Source of the DNA: Nitrospirales bacterium
GTDB taxonomy: Bacteria > Nitrospirota > Nitrospiria > Nitrospirales > UBA8639
Assembly: GCA_022828225.1 (NCBI GenBank)
Contig: JAJEJG010000002.1
Coordinates: forward strand, 20,268 to 84,267
Length of the DNA stretch: 64,000 nt
Reading direction: 5' to 3'
Below, piece by piece: positions 1-8,328 of the stretch (its first letter is position 1; each line of letters begins with the position of its first letter). The position numbers were made by a program, and so were the translations under genes. The notes beneath the pieces were generated by a model. The model worked only from the letters and a program-made list of their open reading frames with translations, made no database searches and was not told where the DNA came from.

Positions 1-175
1 GGAGATCTCCGGCCTGCACCAGTTCCGCGACGGGCGATTCCAAGTTGGCAATCGTGTCGGCTGCCCGTTGATAGGCCCGGATGCGATACGGGTTTTCTCC
101 GTGTTTCTTCAACAAGTCCGCCATGGACAGGAAGAGATTGGCGAGTGTGTGGTTCGAGTCGTGACCGGTCGACAT
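1..175 (-). CDS. DNA polymerase X family protein, N-terminal fragment (continues beyond window)
   Basis: Minus-strand ORF from ATG 175-173: MSTGHDSNHTLANLFLSMADLLKKHGENPYRIRAYQRAADTIANLESPVAELVQAGDL. The GENPxRIRAYxRAA motif is the N-terminal HhH signature of bacterial PolX. Under 60 aa in the window, so absent from the ORF track. Confidence 0.5.
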   Translation of the reverse strand, partial: MSTGHDSNHTLANLFLSMADLLKKHGENPYRIRAYQRAADTIANLESPVAELVQAGDL

Positions 176-347
176 ACCTTGAGCCCATTCCATACGATGA
201 ATATTCCAAACGATGACGTCAGGGCATTGTAAAAGATTGTGCTTGGCGATGATAGGTTCATCGGCCTGAATCCCGCGTTCCCAAATTGACAAGGCTTGAG
301 AGGCTCTCGTAGGATGCCGGATAGTGACGGAGGATTTTCACTCACGC

Positions 348-569
348 ATGCACATCCAGGTCAATGGGGAGCCGCGTCAGGTTCGTGAGGAAAGCAATGT
401 GACCGACCTGCTCCGGGATTTACAACTGAACGTCGAACGGGTGGCCGTGGAAGTCAATCTGGAAATCCTCGACAGACGGGACTTCGATGCCAAGACGTTG
501 CAGGAAGGCGACCGGATAGAAATTCTGAGTTTCATCGGAGGAGGGGCAGGAGGAATTTTTGATTGCTGA
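348..569 (+). CDS. thiS: Sulfur-carrier protein ThiS with a 7-aa extension after the GG motif
   Basis: MHIQVNGEPRQV...EGDRIEILSFIGGG is a canonical 66-aa ThiS. It is followed by AGGIFDC and then the stop. Lies directly upstream of thiG. GGAGGA at 328-333. The track ORF starts at GTG 324; ATG 348 fits ThiS length. Confidence 0.8.
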   Translation: MHIQVNGEPRQVREESNVTDLLRDLQLNVERVAVEVNLEILDRRDFDAKTLQEGDRIEILSFIGGGAGGIFDC

Positions 570-607
570 TTGTGGATTGCTGATTGAAAAAATCCGCAAT
601 CCACAAT
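561..607. other. Direct repeat plus 12-bp perfect inverted repeat spanning the thiS stop
   Basis: gattgctgattg occurs twice (561-572, 575-586). ATTGTGGATTGC (569-580) pairs perfectly with GCAATCCACAAT (596-607), with a 15-nt A-rich loop. Sits between thiS and thiG. Confidence 0.6.
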
Positions 608-632
608 CCAAAATGTTTACTGGGGAGTAGCC

Positions 633-1406
633 ATGAGTGACGATCGTTTGACCATAGCCGGGCGAGAGTTTCGGTCCCGCTTGTGGGTCGGGACGGGCAA
701 GTACAAGGATTTTGTCGAGACCAAGAAAGCCATTGACGCGTCGGGCGCGGACGTCGTCACCGTGGCGGTGCGCCGGGTCAACATCACGGATAGAAATTCC
801 GAGAACCTGTTGGATTATCTTGATCCAAAACAATACACCATCCTTCCCAATACCGCGGGCTGCTACACGGTGGAAGACGCGGTCCGCTATGCCCGGTTGG
901 CCCGCGCCGCCGGGGTGTCGGATCTGGTCAAGCTCGAGGTGATCGGCGATGAGCGGACCCTGTTTCCCGATACCGCCGGGCTCATCGAGGCCGCCAAGAT
1001 TTTGATCAAGGAGGGCTTCGTGGTGTTGCCGTATACGAATGACGATCCCATCGTGGCTCAGAAACTGGTCGATATCGGCTGCCCCGCGGTCATGCCCTTG
1101 GCGGCCCCCATCGGTTCCGGGCTGGGCATCCGCAATCCCTACAATTTGAAGATCATCCTCGAAACAGTGAACGTCCCCGTCATTGTGGACGCGGGCGTGG
1201 GCACGGCTTCCGATGCCGCGTTGGCCATGGAATACGGAGCGGATGCGGTGTTGATGAACACCGCGATCGCGGGGGCGCGAGAACCCATTGCCATGGCCGA
1301 AGCCATGAAGTACGCGGTCGAAGCCGGCCGGTTGGCGTACAAAGCCGGGCGCATCCCCCGAAAACTCTATGCGACCGCCAGCAGCCCGATCGAAGGCATG
1401 CTGTAG
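633..1406 (+). CDS. thiG: Thiazole synthase ThiG
   Basis: 257 aa. [19 protein letters not shown]... and the rest match ThiG over full length. Follows thiS. Confidence 0.93.
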   Translation: MSDDRLTIAGREFRSRLWVGTGKYKDFVETKKAIDASGADVVTVAVRRVNITDRNSENLLDYLDPKQYTILPNTAGCYTVEDAVRYARLARAAGVSDLVKLEVIGDERTLFPDTAGLIEAAKILIKEGFVVLPYTNDDPIVAQKLVDIGCPAVMPLAAPIGSGLGIRNPYNLKIILETVNVPVIVDAGVGTASDAALAMEYGADAVLMNTAIAGAREPIAMAEAMKYAVEAGRLAYKAGRIPRKLYATASSPIEGML

Positions 1407-1461
1407 TCCGACGGTGAACGTGCGCTTCGACTTGTCATCGGCATGACCATAGCCCGAATCA

Positions 1462-1558
1462 GTCATTCCTGCGAAAGCAGGAATCCAGCGTCTTTCTCTT
1501 TCACAAACCGAAGACAAAAGCAAAGACACTGGATTCCCGATCGGTGTCGGGAATGACA
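1462..1558. repeat. Family-A double-hairpin palindromic repeat (copy A1)
   Basis: GTCATTCCTGCGAAAGCAGGAATCCAGCGTCTTT ... AAAGACACTGGATTCCCGATCGGTGTCGGGAATGACA. Two hairpin arms in inverted orientation. Same architecture at 10 other sites. Confidence 0.85.
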
Positions 1559-1602
1559 GAAGGAGGAATCGGGGATGCCCGAGATGACCGGCGAGGCCTT
1601 CG

Positions 1603-2250
1603 GTGTCTGTGATAACGAGTCCTCTCCCGCCATTGTACGTGGTCACCGACCGGTTCCGGACCGGAGAAGATCGGTTCCTCAGCATCCTCGAAGACATCGT
1701 CCCCGAGCAGGGGATGATGATTCAGATCCGGGAAAAAGACCTCGACACCCGTGAGCTGCTACGGTTTGTGGAAGCGGTTCGGCAATTGGCTCATCCCTTT
1801 CGTGTTCCGTGTTTGATCAATGACCGTGTGGACCTGGTCCTCGCGACCAAGGCCGCAGGCGTCCATCTTCCCGCTGACAGCATGCCGACCAAAGAGGCCC
1901 GCCAATGTCTGGGCGACGGCTATCTCATCGGCAAGTCGATCCATTCCGCGGAAGAGGCCCTGCAAAGCGAGCAGGATGGCGCGGACTTCGTGGTACTCGG
2001 CCCGGTGTATGAGACGCCGTCCAAACAGGAGTACGGTCCTCCGTTGGGTACTGACGTGATTCGTGAAGCCGTCCGGCACTGTACGATTCCCGTGTACGCG
2101 ATCGGCGGACTGACGCCGGCTCGCGTGGAACAGGTGATGGCGGCCGGCGCCGCGGGCGTCGCCGTCATTTCTTCCATTTTTCAAGCGGCGTCGTCACGCG
2201 AGGCCGTAACGAGGTATGCCACGCAACTGCGCAAATGGCGACCGCAATAG
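1603..2250 (+). CDS. thiE: Thiamine-phosphate synthase ThiE
   Basis: 215 aa. LYVVTDR...IQIREKDL...LINDRVDLVLATKAAGVHL...VYAIGG are typical ThiE motifs. GTG start is uncertain. Confidence 0.85.
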   Translation: MSVITSPLPPLYVVTDRFRTGEDRFLSILEDIVPEQGMMIQIREKDLDTRELLRFVEAVRQLAHPFRVPCLINDRVDLVLATKAAGVHLPADSMPTKEARQCLGDGYLIGKSIHSAEEALQSEQDGADFVVLGPVYETPSKQEYGPPLGTDVIREAVRHCTIPVYAIGGLTPARVEQVMAAGAAGVAVISSIFQAASSREAVTRYATQLRKWRPQ

Positions 2251-2264
2251 AACGGTCCCGTATA

Positions 2265-2406
2265 GGAACCTCTGATTTATGGTGATAGCGGGATGCAGGG
2301 CAAGGCGTCCCGCAGCGAAACCCGAGGCTTATCAGAGAGATAGGCGAGGGTTGAGCGAGGACACAACGCAGCCATGCGCCCGATAGTGCAATAAATCAGA
2401 GGTTCC
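2265..2406. mobile_element. Family-E MITE-like element, full copy E1 (142 bp)
   Basis: Perfect 16-bp terminal inverted repeat GGAACCTCTGATTTAT/ATAAATCAGAGGTTCC. About 93% identical by eye to the copy at 60495-60635. No ORF. Confidence 0.8.
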
Positions 2407-2526
2407 TTTATATTGACCCTTTCCGAAACCCAGTGCTAGAATTTGCCGCCCCGACGTGAGGTGAGCGGTATGTGGGTTTCGCCTCACCAATACAAGGGTT
2501 TCAGCGGTAGAGCAAAGGACCCTTCC

Positions 2527-4206
2527 ATGGGCTTGAGAAAACACGAAGACTACAACCGGGAGATCGAGAAACTACGCGGAGAACTCCAATCCCTGGAAAC
2601 CGAAATGCGCCATCTCTACGAGACGCGCATGAAACTCCAGCAATCGGAGAAACAGAATAAACGCTTGGCGGACAGTCTCCAGGAAGCCAAAGCCCAGATT
2701 GAAACCCTCCGCACGGAGATTGCCAAACTCACGGCCCCGCCCTCGGCGTATGCGCTCTTCTGCAGTTTGAATGATGACGCCAGCGCCAACGTCTACGTCT
2801 CGGGCAGAAAAATGCGCGTCAGCGTGCATAGTTCGGTGTCGAGCGCGACCCTGCGAAAAGGACAGGAAGTGATTTTGAATGAAGCCTTGAACATCATCGA
2901 GGCGCGGGCCTTCGATCCCCAGGGACAAGTGGTGAAGATGAAAGATCAACTGGATGGCTCGCGGGCGCTGATTCAATTGCACCACGACGAAGAACGCATC
3001 GTCGAACTGGGAGAGCCGCTACTGCACGAATCGTTGAGCGTGGGCGACCACCTGCTCTATGACCCCCGGTCGGGCTACGTCATCGAAAAAATCCCCAAAT
3101 CCGAAATCGAAGAGTTGGTCCTCGAAGAAGTCCCGGACGTGCAATATGAAGATGTGGGGGGATTGACCAAAGAAGTCGAGCAGGTAACGGATGCCGTGGA
3201 ATTGCCCTTTTTGTACCCGGAACTGTTCAAGGAACATCGTCTGACTCCACCCAAAGGTGTCCTCTTGTACGGACCTCCCGGGTGTGGAAAGACCATGATC
3301 GCCAAAGCCGTGGCGAATTCCATTTCCAGGAAAATGCGGCATTTGTCCGGCAAGGACGTGCGCAGTTACTTCCTGCACGTGAAGGGACCCGAGCTCTTGA
3401 ACAAATACGTGGGTGAATCCGAACGGTACATCCGCGAGGTTTTCGCCAAGGCGCGGGACAAAGCCGTAACCGGGAATCCCGTCGTGGTGTTTTTCGATGA
3501 AATGGACGCGTTGTTCCGCACGCGGGGGTCAGGGATTTCGTCCGATATCGAATCCACGATCGTCCCGCAGTTTTTGGCGGAGATCGACGGGGTCGAAAAG
3601 CTCAAGAACGTGATCGTCATCGGGGCGAGCAACCGGCAGGACCTCATCGATCCGGCGGTGTTACGAACGGGGCGGTTGGACGTGAAAGTCAAAATCCCCA
3701 GACCGAACAAACAGGGCGCGCGGGATATTTTCGCCAAGTACCTCACCGATGACCTGCCGTTCGCCAAAGAGGAACTCGACCGGCACGCCCGGGACCGGCA
3801 GGCCCTGGTCTCGCACCTGCTCGACCTGACGGTGGAGTCCATGTATGCCACGTCGGAGGACAACAAGTTCCTGGAAGTGACCTATGCCAACGGCGAAAAA
3901 GAACTCCTCTATTTCAAAGACTTTGCCAGTGGCGCCCTGATCGAAGGCGTGGTTTCGCGGGCGAAAAAAATCGCGGTGAAACGGGCCATCGGGACGGGTG
4001 AAAAAGGCCTGAAGGAAGAAGACCTCTTGTGCGCCATCCGGGATGAATTCAAGGCGCACGAGGATCTGCCCAATACGACCAATCCCGATGACTGGGCCCG
4101 CATCGCCGGGAAAAAAGGCGAAAAAATCATCCACGTGCGGACCCTGACCCCCGGCTCGGAAGGACCACGCGAGATCGAAACCGTGAGTGCCGGGCATTAC
4201 TTTTAG
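2527..4206 (+). CDS. mpa: Proteasome-associated AAA ATPase Mpa/ARC
   Basis: N-terminal coiled coil (EIEKLRGELQSLETEMRHL...), Walker A GPPGCGKT, C-terminus ...GHYF with the penultimate Tyr of an HbYX-type tail. Followed by dop. Start taken at ATG 2527 (MGLRKHEDY); the track ORF opens at 2443. Confidence 0.9.
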   Translation: MGLRKHEDYNREIEKLRGELQSLETEMRHLYETRMKLQQSEKQNKRLADSLQEAKAQIETLRTEIAKLTAPPSAYALFCSLNDDASANVYVSGRKMRVSVHSSVSSATLRKGQEVILNEALNIIEARAFDPQGQVVKMKDQLDGSRALIQLHHDEERIVELGEPLLHESLSVGDHLLYDPRSGYVIEKIPKSEIEELVLEEVPDVQYEDVGGLTKEVEQVTDAVELPFLYPELFKEHRLTPPKGVLLYGPPGCGKTMIAKAVANSISRKMRHLSGKDVRSYFLHVKGPELLNKYVGESERYIREVFAKARDKAVTGNPVVVFFDEMDALFRTRGSGISSDIESTIVPQFLAEIDGVEKLKNVIVIGASNRQDLIDPAVLRTGRLDVKVKIPRPNKQGARDIFAKYLTDDLPFAKEELDRHARDRQALVSHLLDLTVESMYATSEDNKFLEVTYANGEKELLYFKDFASGALIEGVVSRAKKIAVKRAIGTGEKGLKEEDLLCAIRDEFKAHEDLPNTTNPDDWARIAGKKGEKIIHVRTLTPGSEGPREIETVSAGHYF

Positions 4207-5699
4207 TGCTCTTGCTCAATGGAGAGTCTTTGCAGCGCATTATCGGCACAGAAACGGAATTTGGTGTCGCCTCGCGTCACGTCCACGCATCCGATCCCGT
4301 TGAGAACTCCCTCCACCTGATCAGTCAGTACCCGTCGCTCATCGCCCCACAGGCTATTTGGGATTACGAGAACGAAAACCCCCTGCGTGACGCGCGCGGG
4401 TTTGAAGTCGAGGGCGAACGCGAACGTCCGGGGCCCGAGTATAACCGGGCGCTCAACAAACTCCTGGCGAACGGCGGCCGCCTGTACGTGGACGGGGCCC
4501 ATCCCGAATATTCCACGCCGGAATGCAGTACGGCGCGCGAATTGGTCGCGTATGAACGCGCGGGGGAACTCGTGGCCGCCAAGTGCCTGGAGGCCCTGAA
4601 CCGGACGGCGGAGGGGTACGTGCTGTACAAGAACAATTCCGACGGCAAGGGGAACAGCTACGGGTACCATGAAAACTATCTGATGGACCGCTCGGTGCCG
4701 TTCGACGTGATTCTTCAGGGCTTGTTGCCGTTTTTCGTGTCGCGTCCCATCGTGGCGGGAGCCGGGAAAGTCGGCGCGGAAAACGGAGCCGCGCCCGCGA
4801 CGTATCAGATCTCTCAACGCGCGGACTTTTTCGAATGCGTGGCGGACCTCAATACCATGGTCAAACGACCTCTGATCAACACCCGTGATGAGCCACATGC
4901 GGACCCCGCGCGGTTTCGCCGGTTACACGTGATCGTCGGTGACGCCAACATGGCGGAACTCTCCACGTACCTGAAGGTGGGCACCACGGCGATCGTGACG
5001 CACATGCTGGACGAAGGCCACGACGTCCCCGCGTTTGAGCTGGAGAACCCCGTGGATGCCGTCAAGGTCGTTTCACGCGATCTCACCGTCAAGGCCGACC
5101 TGAAGTTGGTCCGGGGCGGCGCGACCAATGCGTTGGCCATCCAACGCGCCTACCTCCGGACCGCGCATGAGTTTTACGCCTGTCGCGAGTTGTCGCCTGC
5201 GACCAAGGACGTGTTGGTGCGATGGGAAAACGTCCTGGATAAACTCGAACGCGATCCCGGGCAATTGGCCGCGGAACTCGATTGGGTGGCCAAACGGCAA
5301 ATGATCGAGTCGTACGTGGACCGAAAAGGCTGCGGATGGAATGATCCGCGCGTGGCCTTGATGGACCTGCAATACCACGACGTGCGGCCGGACAAGGGCC
5401 TGTATTATACGCTCGAACGGAGCCGGCGGATTGAACGCTTGCTGGATGACGAGGAAATCGTCGCCGCGGAATTGCAGGCCCCGAGAGGGACGCGCGCCTA
5501 TTTTCGCGGCGCCTGTCTCCGGAAATTTCCCCAGCAGATCTACGGAGCCAGTTGGACCTCGGTGCTCTTCGACGTCGGAGACGTGGCCGTCAAACGGGTG
5601 CCGTTGATGGACCCCTTGAGGGGCACGCAGGATCTGACCAATGAGTTGTTGGAAGGCGTGGAGACCGCGCAACAACTCCTGGACCGTTTATCGGCTTGA
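4206..5699 (+). CDS. dop: Pup deamidase/depupylase Dop
   Basis: LQRIIGTETEFGV...WDYENENPLRDARGF...GGRLYVDGAHPEYSTPECS matches Dop rather than PafA. The true start may be TTG 4230, giving MQRIIGTE. Confidence 0.88.
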   Translation: MLLLNGESLQRIIGTETEFGVASRHVHASDPVENSLHLISQYPSLIAPQAIWDYENENPLRDARGFEVEGERERPGPEYNRALNKLLANGGRLYVDGAHPEYSTPECSTARELVAYERAGELVAAKCLEALNRTAEGYVLYKNNSDGKGNSYGYHENYLMDRSVPFDVILQGLLPFFVSRPIVAGAGKVGAENGAAPATYQISQRADFFECVADLNTMVKRPLINTRDEPHADPARFRRLHVIVGDANMAELSTYLKVGTTAIVTHMLDEGHDVPAFELENPVDAVKVVSRDLTVKADLKLVRGGATNALAIQRAYLRTAHEFYACRELSPATKDVLVRWENVLDKLERDPGQLAAELDWVAKRQMIESYVDRKGCGWNDPRVALMDLQYHDVRPDKGLYYTLERSRRIERLLDDEEIVAAELQAPRGTRAYFRGACLRKFPQQIYGASWTSVLFDVGDVAVKRVPLMDPLRGTQDLTNELLEGVETAQQLLDRLSA

Positions 5700-5710
5700 A
5701 CGAGCCACGC

Positions 5711-5801
5711 TTCTACCTCCCCTCGCCCCTCCTTACAAAGGAGGGGAAGGTTTGATGACTTTATACCTCCTCTTTGTAAGGGGAGGGAAGGTGGGGTAGA
5801 G
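5711..5801. repeat. Family-B REP-like hairpin units, inverted pair (B1) in the canonical pup slot
   Basis: CTACCTCCCCTCGCCCCTCCTTACAAAGGAGGGGA (5711-5748) and CCTCCTCTTTGTAAGGGGAGGGAAGGTGGGGTAGAG (5766-5801). Each holds a CCTCCCCTT-TGT-AAGGGGAGG type stem-loop. Confidence 0.85.
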
Positions 5802-5896
5802 TGTCTGGGCATGGGAAGGGGAAGTAGATGAGGGAATCGTCAACAAATGACAGAACACATAGAAAATCACAGAGTATGAGGTAACTTCTGGCCACC

Positions 5897-6733
5897 ATGA
5901 AATCGTTCCTGTCCCAGATGCCCGTGAATCAATGCTCCAGTTTTTTTGATTTCATCCATCAGACTCGGCCCGAACTGACGCCCGCGGCGCGGTGGGGGAG
6001 CGAAGGGCACGTCTCCGCGTCGGCGGACGAGATTCAGCGGCACGTCGTCTCACAGCTTGCTCACGGGACGACCGTGTTGGCCGTGAAATACGAGAAGGGC
6101 GTCGTGATCGTCGGTGATCGCCGCGCCATCGAAGGCTATCAGGTCGCGTCGCGTCGCATGGAGAAGGTCTTCAAAACCGACAGCCATTCGGCTATCGCCA
6201 TCGCCGGGGCCGCGGGTCCCTGCATGGAAATGGCCAAGCTGTTCGGGATCGAACTGGAACATTATGAAAAACTGGACGGCGTCCCGTTATCCTGCGAAGG
6301 CAAGGCCAACCGGTTGGGGCAGATGGTGAAAGCCAATTTGCCCATGGTCATGCAAGGGTTGGTCGTGATTCCGCTCTTCGTGGGGTTCGACCTGAAGCAA
6401 CAGGAGGGCCGGATTTTCAAATACGACGTCACCGGCGGAAAATACGAAGAAACGGAGTATCACGCGGTCGGGTCCGGGGGAAAAGACGCCCGGGTGACCA
6501 TCAAGGAACGGTTTCGCAAGAACTTGTCCCAGCCCGAAGCGATTGCCCTGGGGCTCCAGGCGATCCTGAGCGCGGCGGAAGAGGACTTGGGAACCGGCGG
6601 ACCCGATGCCTTCCGGGGCATCTATCCGACCATCAAAATCGTCGACGTCCAAGGCGTGCGGGACGTGGAAGAATCCGAGGTGGCGTCCCAATGCGACCGT
6701 TTGGCTCAAGCACGACCCGGGGGTGAATCCTGA
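5897..6733 (+). CDS. prcB: Proteasome beta subunit PrcB (with propeptide)
   Basis: 278 aa. Propeptide ends ...QLAHG and is followed by TTVLAVKYEKGVV, the catalytic Thr1 context. ATGA overlap with prcA. Confidence 0.9.
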   Translation: MKSFLSQMPVNQCSSFFDFIHQTRPELTPAARWGSEGHVSASADEIQRHVVSQLAHGTTVLAVKYEKGVVIVGDRRAIEGYQVASRRMEKVFKTDSHSAIAIAGAAGPCMEMAKLFGIELEHYEKLDGVPLSCEGKANRLGQMVKANLPMVMQGLVVIPLFVGFDLKQQEGRIFKYDVTGGKYEETEYHAVGSGGKDARVTIKERFRKNLSQPEAIALGLQAILSAAEEDLGTGGPDAFRGIYPTIKIVDVQGVRDVEESEVASQCDRLAQARPGGES

Positions 6734-7416
6734 TGACGCTGCCGTTCTACGTGTCCCCCGAACAATTAATGCAAGACAAGGCGGAGTATGCCAAGAAAGG
6801 CATTGCCAAGGGCCGGTCGATCGTGGCCATCGAGTACCGCGACGGCGTACTGTTCGTCGCGGACAATCCCAGCAGTTCATTATTCAAGATCTCCGAAATT
6901 TACGACAACATCGCCTTTTCCGGAGCGGGGCGATACAGCGAATTCGAAAGCCTGCGCAAGGCGGGCATTCAACACGCCGACTTGAAGGGGTTCATGTACA
7001 GTCGTGAAGACGTCACGGCCCGTTCCCTGGCCAACGGGTATTCGCAGACCCTGGGCACGATATTCAGCCAGGAACTGAAACCCTTCGAAGTGGAAATCCT
7101 TTTGGCTCAAATCGGAGAACAACCCGAACAGACGGAACTGTACCGCATCGCGTTCGATGGAACGATCATTCACGAAAAGGAATTCGTCGCCATCGGAGGC
7201 CGGGCGGACGCCGTAGTATCCGCCTTGCGCGCAATGGGATCGGAACAAGTCCCCGACCTGAAAACCGCCCTCACCCGGTGCATGAGCGCCCTCGAAACCG
7301 CCACGAGCCAGACCATATCCCTCCAAGCCCTCGAAGTGGCACTCCTCGACCGCACCCGCACCGGCCGCAAATTCCGCCGCATCCCCGCAGAAGAAGCCGT
7401 CACCCTCCTGTCCTAA
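6733..7416 (+). CDS. prcA: Proteasome alpha subunit PrcA
   Basis: 227 aa. MTLPFYVSPEQLMQDKAEYAKKGIAKGRSIVAIEYRDGVLFVADNPS...ISEIYD matches bacterial 20S alpha subunits. Confidence 0.9.
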   Translation: MTLPFYVSPEQLMQDKAEYAKKGIAKGRSIVAIEYRDGVLFVADNPSSSLFKISEIYDNIAFSGAGRYSEFESLRKAGIQHADLKGFMYSREDVTARSLANGYSQTLGTIFSQELKPFEVEILLAQIGEQPEQTELYRIAFDGTIIHEKEFVAIGGRADAVVSALRAMGSEQVPDLKTALTRCMSALETATSQTISLQALEVALLDRTRTGRKFRRIPAEEAVTLLS

Positions 7417-7418
7417 CC

Positions 7419-7477
7419 TCCCTTATTCCCTTCCTTTGTAAGCCTGTCCTGAGCCTGTCGAAGGGGAGGGGCAAGGT
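7419..7477. repeat. Family-B unit with a family-C segment inserted in its loop (B2/C)
   Basis: TTCCCTTCCTTTGTAAG-[CCTGTCCTGAGCCTGTCGAAGG]-GGAGGGGCAAGGT. The B stem halves are split by the 22-bp C motif. Confidence 0.7.
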
Positions 7478-7521
7478 CCGCATTGAGGATCTCCCACTCA
7501 CCTTGAACACGCGTAACAGGC

Positions 7522-7564
7522 TTGAAAAAGCGACTCTTTCCGTGTATCTTGACTAACTTAGTCA
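7522..7564 (+). promoter_or_regulatory. Candidate sigma-70 promoter plus palindromic operator of the phd/vapC pair
   Basis: TTGAAA (7522-7527), 17-nt spacer, TATCTT (7545-7550). Perfect palindrome TGACTAAcTTAGTCA at 7550-7564, 18 nt before the antitoxin ATG. Confidence 0.45.
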
Positions 7565-7581
7565 TAAAGGAGGAAGCCATT

Positions 7582-7878
7582 ATGGGTAGATCTCGTCAAG
7601 CCAAGCAGACCGGTTCGACGCGGCTTCACGGCTGGAAGTTGGGAGAGGCCAAAGCGAAGTTCAGCGACGTTGTCCGCCTGGCTGCCTCAGGCCAGCCACA
7701 ACGTGTGACGGTGCGAGGCAGGGAGACGGTCGTCGTCGTGGAGGCGTCCGAATTCGAACGCCTTCGTGCGCGGAGCACGTCGGCCAGCCTGCACGATCTC
7801 TTGTCTCGGTCTCCCTTGAACCGCTTGGAGTTCGGCGATGAAGGCGTACGGAGTCCGGTCCGTGCGGTCGAGTTGTGA
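7582..7878 (+). CDS. Phd/YefM-type antitoxin
   Basis: 98 aa. WKLGEAKAKFSDVVRLAASGQPQRVTVRGRETVVVVEASEFERL is typical prevent-host-death. AAGGAGG RBS before ATG 7582. Stop overlaps the vapC GTG. Confidence 0.8.
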   Translation: MGRSRQAKQTGSTRLHGWKLGEAKAKFSDVVRLAASGQPQRVTVRGRETVVVVEASEFERLRARSTSASLHDLLSRSPLNRLEFGDEGVRSPVRAVEL

Positions 7879-8300
7879 ATGGATGGCTGCTCGATACCAA
7901 CGTCGTGTCCGAGTTACGCAAGACCCGGCCCAACCGGCGCGTGAAGGCGTGGTCCGATGCGCAAGCGGCGGATAACTTCTTTCTCAGCAGCGTCACCCTT
8001 GCCGAGATTCGTTTCGGGATCGAGTGCCAAGCAGACCCCATACTTCGCGAGGAACTCGAAGCGTGGCTTGCCCACCGGCTGAGGCCCTGGTTTGCCGGGC
8101 GTATTTTGCCCGTGGACGAGGAAGTCATCCTGGAATGGCGCCGCATGGTCGCGCGAGGCAGAGAAAGGGCGATTACGTTCAGTCAACCGGATCTCTTTAT
8201 CGCCGCGACCGCACAAGTGCATGCCCTGACGCTCTGTACCCGTAACGAGAGAGACTTTCGCAGGGCCGACATTCGGGTCTTCAATCCTTGGTCGGAGTGA
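7875..8300 (+). CDS. vapC: PIN-domain toxin VapC (FitB-like)
   Basis: 141 aa. WLLDTNVVSELRK...SSVTLAEIRFGIE...LFIAATAQVHALTLCTRNERDF carries the PIN acidic residues. GTGA overlap with the antitoxin. Confidence 0.85.
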   Translation: MNGWLLDTNVVSELRKTRPNRRVKAWSDAQAADNFFLSSVTLAEIRFGIECQADPILREELEAWLAHRLRPWFAGRILPVDEEVILEWRRMVARGRERAITFSQPDLFIAATAQVHALTLCTRNERDFRRADIRVFNPWSE

Positions 8301-8328
8301 GCAGGCTAGGTACGCCCACTTTGCGAAA

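Noticed and set aside
109-345. 78-aa minus-strand ORF between the PolX start and thiS.
   Set aside because: It has no recognisable similarity and overlaps the better-supported PolX N-terminus in another frame. It sits in what is probably a divergent promoter region.
176-347. Possible TPP (THI-box) riboswitch upstream of thiS. GGCTTGAGAGG and CCGGATAGTGACGGAGGA loosely resemble the CUGAGA and CUGGAUAAUGCCAGCGUAGGGA elements.
   Set aside because: CUGAGA carries an extra U. There is no ACCC/GGGG P2 pairing, and I could not build the P1-P3 helices. A cmsearch with RF00059 would settle it.
420-1697. Long antisense ORFs opposite real genes: 420-1697, 19657-21078, 24075-25523, 39790-41811, 51336-52493, 56783-57832, 62948-63664 and many shorter ones.
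   Set aside because: They lie opposite genes with clear family signatures. Their translations are Arg/Gly/Pro-rich low-complexity strings, typical of shadow ORFs in GC-rich DNA.
5700-5896. Short ORFs in the dop-prcB gap as pup candidates (MTLYLLFVRGGKVG, MTEHIENHRV and others).
   Set aside because: They are too short, lack the Pup C-terminal helix and the GGQ/GGE end, and are mostly repeat-derived.
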